DNA from: Clostridium sp. CAG:288
Lineage (GTDB): Bacteria; Bacillota_I; Bacilli_A; RFN20; CAG-288
DNA length: 64,000 nt
NCBI GenBank assembly: GCA_000437395.1
Contig: FR898166.1
Location: forward strand, 58,724-122,723
Direction: 5' to 3'
Shown: positions 39,175-48,818 of the stretch, one piece after another
Layout of the letters: each line of letters begins with the position of its first letter
How positions within the stretch are numbered: position 1 is the first letter of the stretch
Notes under the pieces: model-generated
The model's database searches: none
The model's input: only the letters and a program-made list of their open reading frames with translations
What the model was told of the DNA's origin: nothing
Made by a program: the position numbers and the translations under genes

Positions 39175-40584
39175 ATGAAGAAAATACATTCACGTTTAGC
39201 AAGTATGTTAGTTGCAGCAGCAACTATTAGTACATTAGCAGGTTGCGGTTCACATTCAGATAAAATTGAAATAACAATTGGTATGTGGCCACAAGCTGGA
39301 CTTACCCAAGAAGTTAATATGTTTAAAGTATGGAAAGAAAGATTTGAAACTGATCATCCAGAATATCAAATTAAGGCAGCTCCATATGAATATTCTATTG
39401 AAACAGCACAATCAAAAGGTCAATCACACACTTTACCAACTGTTTTCCAAACATGGTTTACTGAACCACAATGGTTAGTAAATGCTGGATATATCAAAGA
39501 CATCACTAGCTTCCTTAATGATTTGGGTTGGTATGACAAGATGGATGTCGATATGAGAAATAACCTCACATTTGAAGGGAAAGTTTACGGTATCCCAAGA
39601 GATGGTTATGGACTTGGACTTGTTTTAAATAAGAGAATTCTCGGTGAATGTGGTTTGTTACCTGAAAATGAAGATGGAACTTATTCAATCTATAACAAAG
39701 ATGGGTCGCCAGCATATCCAACTACTTTTGACGAAGTAAGACATTTTTCTGAAGTTATCGTCGATTCAACAGATAATACTAGAGGTATTTTGATTCCTTC
39801 TGCAAATAAAAATGGCGGTTGGCAATTTAGCAATATTGCCTGGAATTTCGGTGCTCAACTTGAAGTTCAAAATAGCGATGGAAAATGGGTTGGAACTTTA
39901 AACGATCCAAAAGCAGTTGAAGCCATGAATTGGATTAAAGAAATGAAATCTGATGGCTTATTAATTGATACAATCACCGTTAGTTACAACGATTGGTATG
40001 GAAAAATTAAGAGTCAAGTAGGTATGGCAATTGTCGGTAGCGATGTCGTTCAACTTGCCATTACAAATGCTAAATTAGCTAAAGAAGATTTAGCTTTTGT
40101 TCCAATGCCAGCAGGTCCATATGGAGATAGATATTCATTATATGGTGGTACTCCTTATGTCTTCTCATCAGATGCTAGCGATGAACAAGTTAAAGGCGCT
40201 ATGATGTTCTTAGAATATATGGGTAGATCACCAGACGCTACAGAAGCAAACTTAGCTGCTGTCACAGAGGGAAACGAAGTTGCATCCAAAAAGGGTGAAC
40301 CAATTATTCCATCTGTTAAACCTTGGACAGATGCTACCTATTTAGCCGCAACAAAAGAAATTGAAGATAAATATGTTAACGTCGATATGACTAACTTTAA
40401 CGATTTCTTTAATACACTTCCAACAATGAAACACAATGAAGTTTCTTATTACGCTCAAGAAATGTATAAGTTACTTGATAATGTCATTCAAAAGGTTTTA
40501 CAAAATCCAGATACAGTTAATGTTGAAAATGAATTAACAACTGCAAACAACACATTTAATTCTCAATATATGAGTCAATTATAA
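39175..40584 (+). CDS. sugar ABC transporter extracellular solute-binding lipoprotein (family 1 SBP)
   Basis: Lipobox LAGC. 469 aa. Lies in an operon with MalFG-type permeases. Confidence 0.8.
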   Translation: MKKIHSRLASMLVAAATISTLAGCGSHSDKIEITIGMWPQAGLTQEVNMFKVWKERFETDHPEYQIKAAPYEYSIETAQSKGQSHTLPTVFQTWFTEPQWLVNAGYIKDITSFLNDLGWYDKMDVDMRNNLTFEGKVYGIPRDGYGLGLVLNKRILGECGLLPENEDGTYSIYNKDGSPAYPTTFDEVRHFSEVIVDSTDNTRGILIPSANKNGGWQFSNIAWNFGAQLEVQNSDGKWVGTLNDPKAVEAMNWIKEMKSDGLLIDTITVSYNDWYGKIKSQVGMAIVGSDVVQLAITNAKLAKEDLAFVPMPAGPYGDRYSLYGGTPYVFSSDASDEQVKGAMMFLEYMGRSPDATEANLAAVTEGNEVASKKGEPIIPSVKPWTDATYLAATKEIEDKYVNVDMTNFNDFFNTLPTMKHNEVSYYAQEMYKLLDNVIQKVLQNPDTVNVENELTTANNTFNSQYMSQL

Positions 40585-40603
40585 TTGTCTCAAGGAGGGC
40601 AAT

Positions 40604-41581
40604 ATGTCAGTACAAAATGAAACTTTGACCCTCACACAAGATAACTATGTAAAGTTTTTACCAAAACAAGTATCGAAAGAGAAAAAAGGTATCAACAAGG
40701 CAATTTTAAAAAAGAATTTATCTGGTTGGTTATTGATGCTTCCAGGTATAGCATTATTTACATTCTTCGTGTGGGAACCACTTGTCATGAATGTAGTCTT
40801 ATCATTCTTTGAAGGCTACAACATGAAAGAATTTCAAGGCTTTGGAAACTATATAAAAATATTCCAAGATCCACAGTTCCAAGCAGCTTTTACTAACACG
40901 TTCAAATATATATTTTGGTCTTTAGTAATAGGTTTCTTGATTCCTGTTATTTTAGGAATTTTATTAAGTGAAGTTACAAGAGGACAATCGTTCTTTAGAA
41001 TTTGTATTTATTTACCATGTATTATTTCAGGTATTGCAGTTGCTTTCTTATTTAGACAACTTTACGATCCAGAATCTTTTTCAGTAATAAATACAATACT
41101 TCAAAAAATGGGCTTAAAAACATCGCTTCTAAGAGATGATAAAAATTTAGTTATTCCTCTTATTGTAGTTGCTATGACATGGCGTGGAGCAGGTGGTACT
41201 GTTTTAATCTATCTTTCAGCAATGCAAAGTATCGATAATAGCTTATATGAAGCTGTTAGAATTGATGGTGGTGGTTTAATGAAGAGATTTAGATATGTCA
41301 CTTTACCACACTTAAAGGGAACTATCACTTCGTTATTCATTATGCAAATTATCTCAGTCTTCCAAGTTTTCTATGAACCTATGGTTATTTCAAATGGTGG
41401 ACCAAATAACGCATCACTTTCCTTGATGTTATTAAGTTATAACTATGCTTTTGCTGATGCTAAACCTCAATTAGGTGCAGCTGTCGGCGTAATTCTATCA
41501 CTTATTATTCTTGCCTGTACTGGTGTCTATTACTTAGTTTTAAGACTTATAAATGGTAAACAAGTGGAGGCTAGAAGATGA
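40604..41581 (+). CDS. sugar ABC transporter permease (MalF/UgpA-like)
   Basis: Six TM helices. EAA-like loop EAVRIDGGGLMKRFRYVTLP. Confidence 0.85.
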   Translation: MSVQNETLTLTQDNYVKFLPKQVSKEKKGINKAILKKNLSGWLLMLPGIALFTFFVWEPLVMNVVLSFFEGYNMKEFQGFGNYIKIFQDPQFQAAFTNTFKYIFWSLVIGFLIPVILGILLSEVTRGQSFFRICIYLPCIISGIAVAFLFRQLYDPESFSVINTILQKMGLKTSLLRDDKNLVIPLIVVAMTWRGAGGTVLIYLSAMQSIDNSLYEAVRIDGGGLMKRFRYVTLPHLKGTITSLFIMQIISVFQVFYEPMVISNGGPNNASLSLMLLSYNYAFADAKPQLGAAVGVILSLIILACTGVYYLVLRLINGKQVEARR

Positions 41582-42474
41582 AAAAAGCAGTTAAACTTTC
41601 ACAAAAGACAAATGGATTACTAAATTTCCAAGATTATAAAAAAGCTAAATATAGAGTAGTTTACGGAATTATTATATTCGTATTAGTTTTAGCTGTTTTA
41701 ACAGCTTTAATTCCAATTTTCTGGTTGTTGATAACAAGCTTTAAAACGACAGATGAACTTTATTCTAATATTTATCATTTATTTCCAAAAGTGTTCGATA
41801 TAAGAAAAGTGGCTCAAGTTTGGCAAAAAGCAAACTTTATGCGTTATTTCTTAAATTCGGCTATAGTTGCAATTGGCGCTGTAGTATGCGCTGTTGTTTT
41901 TAACGGATTATTTGCATATGCTACTACTATTGTTAAACCAAAGGGATATAAAATTGCACACGCTTTAGTTATGTTAAGTTATATGATCCCAGCAGTTACA
42001 GCAATTATTCCACTTTATAGCAACATCATTAAGTTAGGAATGGTAAATAGTTACGTTCCATTAATGCTTATTTTAGGCGCTAATGCTTTCTATTATGTCA
42101 ACTTTAGAAATTACTTCAAAACAATACCAAATTCACTATTTGAAGCAGCAAAACTTGACGGATGTTCTGACTTGAGAATATTCGCTTCAATCGTTGTTCC
42201 AAACAGTAAACCAATTATTGGTGTTGTGGCTATATTTGCTATGACGGCAAGCTGGTCTGATTTCTTGTTGCCATACTTAATTTTAAATGATCAAGAAATG
42301 TACACTGTTATGGTTCAAATATTCTCAGTAAACGCTACAATTTCTCAAGGCGCTTATACTTATGATGAATTTTTGATGTTATTAATGATTTCTATATTAC
42401 CACAATTGATTTTTTTCTTTGTTTTCCAAAAACAAATTACGAACTCTCAAACAACAAGTGGATTAAAGGACTAA
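41578..42474 (+). CDS. sugar ABC transporter permease (MalG/UgpE-like)
   Basis: EAA loop EAAKLDGCSDLRIFASIVVP. Start overlaps the upstream stop. Confidence 0.85.
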   Translation: MKKAVKLSQKTNGLLNFQDYKKAKYRVVYGIIIFVLVLAVLTALIPIFWLLITSFKTTDELYSNIYHLFPKVFDIRKVAQVWQKANFMRYFLNSAIVAIGAVVCAVVFNGLFAYATTIVKPKGYKIAHALVMLSYMIPAVTAIIPLYSNIIKLGMVNSYVPLMLILGANAFYYVNFRNYFKTIPNSLFEAAKLDGCSDLRIFASIVVPNSKPIIGVVAIFAMTASWSDFLLPYLILNDQEMYTVMVQIFSVNATISQGAYTYDEFLMLLMISILPQLIFFFVFQKQITNSQTTSGLKD

Positions 42475-42478
42475 TATT

Positions 42479-44752
42479 ATGGGAAAAGAAGCAACTAAAT
42501 ATTTAAAAGAAGATTCTTTCAAGATTATTGAAGAAGGATTACATCTAGATAGATTAAAAGTATCTGAATCTATTTTCTCTTTAGCTAATGAATATACTGG
42601 TATTCGTGGAAGCTTTGATGAAGGATCAGATAGTCTTGATTCGTTACGTGGCTCATATTTCAATGGGATATATGAGTATGCTAAAAAAGATACTCCATCA
42701 GCATATTTAGGCATTGTTAAAAGAACACACTTCATGATTAACTCTGTCGATTGGACAAAGGTTAAAATTGTTTGTTTAAATCAAAAATTAGATTTAGGTA
42801 AAGTAAAGTTTTCTAAATTCTATAGAGAATTAGACATGCAAAGTGGTCTTTATACAAGATCGTTTACTTGGAAAGTTACTGAAGGTAAGCATATCGATAT
42901 TTGTTTTGAAAGACTTTTATCAATGACCGAATGTCATAAAGTGTTCCAAGTAATTACTTTAAAAACTAATTTTGATTGTAAAGTCGATTTAGAGTTGAGC
43001 TTAAATAGCAATGTACTTCACTGGGGACAAGATTGCTATTGGGATAGAAAAGACGAATTTGTTACTGACGAAAATATATACGCATTAAGAGTTAATACTC
43101 AAACAACAAATCAAAAGCTTGTTAGTACTATGCTTATTAACGGCATAGATAATCAAGAAACTTTTATTGATGATAAAGAAATTACTTGTGTTTGTAGTTT
43201 GCTATTAAAAGCTAATGAAACAAGAAAAATTGAAAGATATGTTGTAAACATTATCGATAAAAACAATACTGCAACTTTTGATGAAATGTTAATTGAAGCA
43301 AAAAATGAAGTAAAAGCCTCTAAGGAACATGGATTTGAATATTATCTTGATTTGAATAAAAAATACTGGGCAGATGTTTGGCATAGATCCGACATTGTTA
43401 TTGATGGATCACTTATCGATCAACAAGGCATTAGATTCTGTATATTCCAATTAGAACAAACTTATCACGGATATGCAATGACTGATAATATTGGCGCTAA
43501 GGGTTTAACTGGTGAAGCCTATAGTGGACATGCTTTCTGGGATAGTGAAACTTATTGCTTGCCATATTATTTATTCCACAATACAGAAGCAGCAAAAGAT
43601 TTGCTTTTATTCAGATATAATACATTAAAACAAGCAAAAGAAAGAGCTAAGGCTTTAGACTGCAAAGGAGCTTGTTATCCAATAGCTACTTTAAATGGTG
43701 AAGAAGGTTGTAACTTATGGCAACATGCTTCACTTCAATTTCAACCTTCAACAGCCGTTGCATATGGTATTTATCACTATATGCGTTTGACAAACGATGT
43801 TGATTTTTTAAAGAAATATGGAATAGAAATGCTTTTAGAAATTTCTCAATTCTTATTAACACGTGGTCAATGGGATCAAAAGCACGAATATTTTGGATTC
43901 TATGCAGTTATGGGACCTGATGAATTCCAAATGATGGTTAACCATAACACATATACAAACTACATGGCTAAAAAGACTTTCGATTATACTTTAGATTTAA
44001 TTGAAAAATATAAAGATGATGCAGAAGTTTCAAATAGAGTTAAAGAACTTGGATTTGATGAAACTTTCTTAAAAGATATTCGCCATGCTAGCGAGCACAT
44101 GAAAATATTAAAAGACAACAAAACTGGATTATATGAACAACATGAAGGTTTTTTTAATCTTCCACATATTGATGTCGATTCAATTCCTGTTAATGATTTC
44201 CCATTATATTCGCATTGGTCATACGATAGAATTTATAGAAACGACATGATAAAACAACCTGATGTTTTGATGTTTATGTTTTTATACTCAAGTGAATTTT
44301 CGTTGGCTGAAAAGAAAGTTAACTATGATTATTATGAACCACGTTGTATTCATGAATCAAGTTTATCACCTTCTATTCACTCTATTTTTGCAAATGAATT
44401 AGGCTATGAACAACAAGCATTAGACTTCTTTGGATTTGCTACAAGAATGGATTTAGATGATTATAACCGTAATACATGCGAAGGATTACACATGACATCA
44501 ATCGCTGCTGGATTTATGAATATCGTCTACGGATTCGGTGGCTTAAAGAGCGATGGAGAAATGCTTGAACTTGCTCCAACACTTCCAAAGATTTGGAACT
44601 CATATTCTTTCTCAATTGTTTATCACGGTTCAGTTTTAAAAATAGATGTTAAAAGAGAAAACGTTACAATAATTTGTCACGGTAACAAAGTGACATTAAA
44701 GTTATATGGCAATGTTGTAACAATTAAAGATAAAATTATTGTTGAGCGTTAA
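42479..44752 (+). CDS. glycoside hydrolase family 65 alpha-glucoside phosphorylase (maltose/kojibiose/nigerose/trehalose phosphorylase family)
   Basis: 757 aa with GH65 N-terminal, central (alpha/alpha)6 and C-terminal domains. Motifs include GAKGLTGEAYSGHAFWDSETY. Confidence 0.85.
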   Translation: MGKEATKYLKEDSFKIIEEGLHLDRLKVSESIFSLANEYTGIRGSFDEGSDSLDSLRGSYFNGIYEYAKKDTPSAYLGIVKRTHFMINSVDWTKVKIVCLNQKLDLGKVKFSKFYRELDMQSGLYTRSFTWKVTEGKHIDICFERLLSMTECHKVFQVITLKTNFDCKVDLELSLNSNVLHWGQDCYWDRKDEFVTDENIYALRVNTQTTNQKLVSTMLINGIDNQETFIDDKEITCVCSLLLKANETRKIERYVVNIIDKNNTATFDEMLIEAKNEVKASKEHGFEYYLDLNKKYWADVWHRSDIVIDGSLIDQQGIRFCIFQLEQTYHGYAMTDNIGAKGLTGEAYSGHAFWDSETYCLPYYLFHNTEAAKDLLLFRYNTLKQAKERAKALDCKGACYPIATLNGEEGCNLWQHASLQFQPSTAVAYGIYHYMRLTNDVDFLKKYGIEMLLEISQFLLTRGQWDQKHEYFGFYAVMGPDEFQMMVNHNTYTNYMAKKTFDYTLDLIEKYKDDAEVSNRVKELGFDETFLKDIRHASEHMKILKDNKTGLYEQHEGFFNLPHIDVDSIPVNDFPLYSHWSYDRIYRNDMIKQPDVLMFMFLYSSEFSLAEKKVNYDYYEPRCIHESSLSPSIHSIFANELGYEQQALDFFGFATRMDLDDYNRNTCEGLHMTSIAAGFMNIVYGFGGLKSDGEMLELAPTLPKIWNSYSFSIVYHGSVLKIDVKRENVTIICHGNKVTLKLYGNVVTIKDKIIVER

Positions 44753-44756
44753 TAAT

Positions 44757-46889
44757 ATGAAATTAGAAAAACAAGGACTTGATTTAGAACAAGTTAAAAG
44801 TTTAGGTGATACCTTTGTCATTGGTAATGGACATTTGGGCTATCGTGGAACTTTAGAAGAATATACTAAATCACAAGGAGTTGGATTAAACATTGTTGGT
44901 TTTTATGATCGCTATAGTTCTAAATGGAGAGAATCTGTAAATGTCGCCAATCCAATATATATTAAAAGCTATTTTAATGATAAATGTTTATCTGTTTTAG
45001 AAAATACTCCTTTAAATCACAATATTACTCTTGATACTGAAAAGAGAGTATTTTCACGAAAGACAGAATTTGACGATGCAATTATTACTTCATCAAGATT
45101 TGTTTCTGCGACTAAAGACAACTTAATTGGATTCGAATACAAATTAACTGCTAAAAGTGCAGGAGAATATTCAATTTTAGCTGGAATTGATGCATTAATT
45201 GATGAAATTAACGGTCCTCACTTTGCTACAAAAAAAGTCTACAGAAAAGAAGAACTTATTATTTTTGAAGGTCAAACAAACGAATCAAAAGTAGCATATG
45301 TAAAACTAAAGCTTATTTGTGATTCAGATTATATTGAAAAAAAAGAAGAAAACTATCGCTTAACCAATGAATATAAGAAGAATCTAGAAGCTGGAGAAAG
45401 CATTTGTTTAGTTGGAGTCGCTGATATTGAAGCTAATGACTTTATTGATGAAACAATAGATATTTCTTCATATGAGCTTAAAGATTATTTAAATTTAAAA
45501 GATGAACATATAAAAGAGTGTTTAGCTCAATGGAGTATTTCACAAGTTGTTATTGATGGACCTAAAGATGCACAAGAGGGTTTAGATTATTCAATTTATC
45601 AACTATTAAGTATCGCTCCACATAAATACATAACTTCTATACCTGCTCGTGGTGTAAGTGGTCAAACTTATAAAGGCGCTATTTTCTGGGACACAGAAGT
45701 CTTCATGCTTCCATTTTATATTTTAACTAATCCAAGTGTTGCTAGAGGTTTAGTTGAGTATAGAATTAAAGGCTTAAAAGGTGCTAAAAAGAAGGCTAAA
45801 GACTTTGGCTTTAGAGGAGCTTTTTATGCTTGGGAAAGTCAAGAAGAAGGTTATGAAGCCTGCTCTTTATATAATATTACTGATGCCAAAACAGGTGAAC
45901 CTATTAGAACATATTTTGCTGATAAACAAATTCATATTAGCGCTGATGTAATAAAAGCTTTATTCGATTATTCAACTAGAACAAATGACTATACACTTTT
46001 AAATCACGGTGGATTAGAAGCAGCTTTAGAAGTTGCTAGATTTTATTTATCTTATTCTTCTATAGATAAAAACGGCGTCTATCATTTAAATGATGTCATA
46101 GGTCCTGATGAATATCACGAAAGAATAAACGACAACACGTTTACAAACTATTTAGTTAAAGACGTAATTAGTAAAACATTAAAGTATTTTAATGAGTTAA
46201 AAGAAAAATCACCATATAAAGCCAGTAAGCTTTTAACAAAAATTAAAATGAGTGAAAAAGAACTTGATGACATTATAAAGTTTGAAAATAATATTTATAT
46301 TCCAAGTACTAACGATATTATTGAACAATTTAATGGCTATTTTGCTCTTGAAGATGTTAAAGTTGAAGATGTTAGAAAAAGATTGACTACCGCAAATGAG
46401 TATTGGGGAAAAGAAGCTTCAAAAACTCGAGTTATTAAACAGGCAGATGTCATAACACTTCTAGCTTTATACCCACGAGATTTTTCATTAGATATTGCTC
46501 AAAGAAACTTTAACTTCTATGAACCTTATACTGAACATGGAAGTTCATTAAGTGCATCGATGCATTCACTTGTTGCAAGCAGAATTGGATTAAAAGATAA
46601 AGCGTATCAATTCTTTATGAAAACAGCATTAGCAGATTTAGGTGAAAGTACAAAGAAATATGCTGGTGGCATTTATATTGGTGGCACTCATCCTGCAGCT
46701 AATGGTGGAGCATATTTATCGGCTATATTTGGTTTCGCCGGTTTAACATATGACGGTGCTAAAATTAAGCTTCAACCACACTTGCCAACAGAAATAAATT
46801 CGTTGACATTTAAATTTTATGAAAATAAAAAAGTATATGAGGCTAACGTTACAAAAGATAGCTATATTATCAAGGAGGTAAAGCTATGA
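44757..46889 (+). CDS. second GH65 family phosphorylase (paralogue)
   Basis: Equivalent motifs RGVSGQTYKGAIFWDTEVF. Start uncertain: TTG at 44739 overlapping the upstream gene, or ATG at 44757. Confidence 0.8.
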   Translation: MKLEKQGLDLEQVKSLGDTFVIGNGHLGYRGTLEEYTKSQGVGLNIVGFYDRYSSKWRESVNVANPIYIKSYFNDKCLSVLENTPLNHNITLDTEKRVFSRKTEFDDAIITSSRFVSATKDNLIGFEYKLTAKSAGEYSILAGIDALIDEINGPHFATKKVYRKEELIIFEGQTNESKVAYVKLKLICDSDYIEKKEENYRLTNEYKKNLEAGESICLVGVADIEANDFIDETIDISSYELKDYLNLKDEHIKECLAQWSISQVVIDGPKDAQEGLDYSIYQLLSIAPHKYITSIPARGVSGQTYKGAIFWDTEVFMLPFYILTNPSVARGLVEYRIKGLKGAKKKAKDFGFRGAFYAWESQEEGYEACSLYNITDAKTGEPIRTYFADKQIHISADVIKALFDYSTRTNDYTLLNHGGLEAALEVARFYLSYSSIDKNGVYHLNDVIGPDEYHERINDNTFTNYLVKDVISKTLKYFNELKEKSPYKASKLLTKIKMSEKELDDIIKFENNIYIPSTNDIIEQFNGYFALEDVKVEDVRKRLTTANEYWGKEASKTRVIKQADVITLLALYPRDFSLDIAQRNFNFYEPYTEHGSSLSASMHSLVASRIGLKDKAYQFFMKTALADLGESTKKYAGGIYIGGTHPAANGGAYLSAIFGFAGLTYDGAKIKLQPHLPTEINSLTFKFYENKKVYEANVTKDSYIIKEVKL

Positions 46890-48736
46890 TAAAAGGATTT
46901 GTTTTTGATCTTGATGGTGTTTTAGTTTTCACGGATCACTTTCACTATCTTTCTTGGAAAGCAATTGCTGATGAAGAAGGAATAGAATTTAACGAACAAA
47001 TAAATAATCAATTAAGAGGTGTTTCACGTAAAGATTCTTTAGAAATTATATTAAGAAAAGCTTCAAAGACTTATACCGAAGATGAAAAAGATGCTCTTTG
47101 TGAAAAAAAGAACAACATTTATAAGACTTATTTAGATACAATGTCTGAAAAAGATGTTGATCCTGATACTATAGAAACATTAAAGCAACTTAAAGCTCAA
47201 GGATACAAAATAGCTTTAGGCTCCTCTAGTAAAAATGCTAAGTACATATTAAATAAAGTTGGGTTAACTCCTTATTTTGATGCAATTTCAGATGGCGTTG
47301 GCTTAGTTCATTCAAAACCAGATCCAGAAGTCTTCCTCAAAGCTAGCGATATGCTAAAGATTAACCCTAAAGAGCTTGTTGTAGTCGAAGATGCTGAAGC
47401 AGGAATTAACGCCGCAAACGCTGGAAAATTTATCAGTGTTGGCATAGGTGAAGCTAGCAAGTATGAAAAGACACAAATCAGCATTGAAAGATTTTCTGAT
47501 TTATTAAAAGTTGCTAAAGCAAATTCAGGTATTGTTATTGAAGATTTATGCAAAGAATATACACCTGGAGTAAAAGCAGTTAAAGATGTAAATCTTGTCA
47601 TTAACGACAAAGAATTTTTAGTTTTAGTTGGCCCTTCTGGTTGTGGTAAATCAACTATTTTAAGAATGATTGCAGGACTAGAAGAAATTAGTGGTGGTAG
47701 AATTTACATTGGTGGTAAATTGATAAATGATGTTGAACCAAAAGATAGAAACATCGCTATGGTTTTCCAGAATTACGCTTTGTTCCCAAATATGACTGTC
47801 GCACAAAATATCGGCTTTTGTCTTAAGATTTCTAAAGTGTTAAGAGAAAAAGATTACAAGTGTCCAACAAGTCCTAAAAAGCTTAGAAACTTATGGTATA
47901 AGGTACAGTATCCATTTGTAAAAAAACTTAAGTATAGACATTTGAAAAAAGAAGAAATTGATGAAAAAGTTAAATCAGTTGCTGAAATTTTAGGATTAAC
48001 ACAATACTTAGATAGAAAACCTGGGCAATTGTCTGGTGGTCAAAGACAAAGAGTCGCTCTAGGTAGAGCAATTATTAGAAATCCAGAAGTATTCTTATTT
48101 GATGAACCTCTTTCTAACCTTGATGCTAAAATGAGAGCAACAATGAGAACTGAAATTACAAAGTTACATAATAGACTTCAAACGACATTTATTTATGTTA
48201 CTCACGATCAAGTTGAAGCTATGACAATGGGTACAAAGATTGTTGTTTTGAAAGATGGTGTCGTTCAACAATATGATACTCCAGCTAATATTTATAATAG
48301 ACCAGCTAATAAATTTGTCGCTGGCTTTATTGGAACTCCACAAATGAACTTTATTGATGCTAAATATATAAATAGCCAACTAACAATTGGATCTAAAACT
48401 ATCGATTTAACTAAAGAGTTCTTGGCTAACCAAGACGTTGAATCTTTAGGAGGAGGCAACGTTTGTGTTGGTATTAGACCTAGATCAGTTAAAGTTATGG
48501 ATCAAGAAGGATATGATGAAAAATACGCTTTTGAAGGTACTGTTAATGTTTCAGAACAGCTTGGTGATGAAGTATTGCTCTATTTAACTGTTGAAGGTAA
48601 AGATGGAGACTTTACAATAGCTGGCAACCCAAAGAAACAATACAAAATTGGCGATAAAGTTAAGTTCTCGATTAATCCAAATGAGATTCATTTGTTTAAC
48701 CCTGTAACAGAAAAGACATTATATATTTCTAAATAA
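46886..48736 (+). CDS. fusion protein: beta-phosphoglucomutase (HAD-IA) N-terminal domain + MsmK/MalK-type ABC transporter ATP-binding domain
   Basis: The N-terminus carries the HAD DxD motif FVFDLDGVLVFTD and the ...VVEDAEAGINAANAG motif typical of beta-PGM. From residue ~220 there are Walker A GPSGCGKST, signature LSGGQRQRV, Walker B LLFDEPLSNLD, and a C-terminal MalK-like regulatory domain. No start codon separates the two halves. Confidence 0.7.
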   Translation: MIKGFVFDLDGVLVFTDHFHYLSWKAIADEEGIEFNEQINNQLRGVSRKDSLEIILRKASKTYTEDEKDALCEKKNNIYKTYLDTMSEKDVDPDTIETLKQLKAQGYKIALGSSSKNAKYILNKVGLTPYFDAISDGVGLVHSKPDPEVFLKASDMLKINPKELVVVEDAEAGINAANAGKFISVGIGEASKYEKTQISIERFSDLLKVAKANSGIVIEDLCKEYTPGVKAVKDVNLVINDKEFLVLVGPSGCGKSTILRMIAGLEEISGGRIYIGGKLINDVEPKDRNIAMVFQNYALFPNMTVAQNIGFCLKISKVLREKDYKCPTSPKKLRNLWYKVQYPFVKKLKYRHLKKEEIDEKVKSVAEILGLTQYLDRKPGQLSGGQRQRVALGRAIIRNPEVFLFDEPLSNLDAKMRATMRTEITKLHNRLQTTFIYVTHDQVEAMTMGTKIVVLKDGVVQQYDTPANIYNRPANKFVAGFIGTPQMNFIDAKYINSQLTIGSKTIDLTKEFLANQDVESLGGGNVCVGIRPRSVKVMDQEGYDEKYAFEGTVNVSEQLGDEVLLYLTVEGKDGDFTIAGNPKKQYKIGDKVKFSINPNEIHLFNPVTEKTLYISK

Positions 48737-48743
48737 TTAAATC

Positions 48744-48782
48744 AATCCATTTAGTAATCATATTGCTAGATGGATTTTTTAA
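48744..48782 (+). terminator. putative rho-independent terminator after the sugar operon
   Basis: AATCCAT ... ATGGATT stem followed by TTTTTT. Confidence 0.45.
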
Positions 48783-48818
48783 TAGGTAATATAATTATGT
48801 TTAGTAGGAGGTATTTTT

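Noticed and set aside
39278-39478. 66-aa plus-strand ORF inside the sugar-binding lipoprotein gene
   Set aside because: It is an alternative frame within a well-supported CDS.
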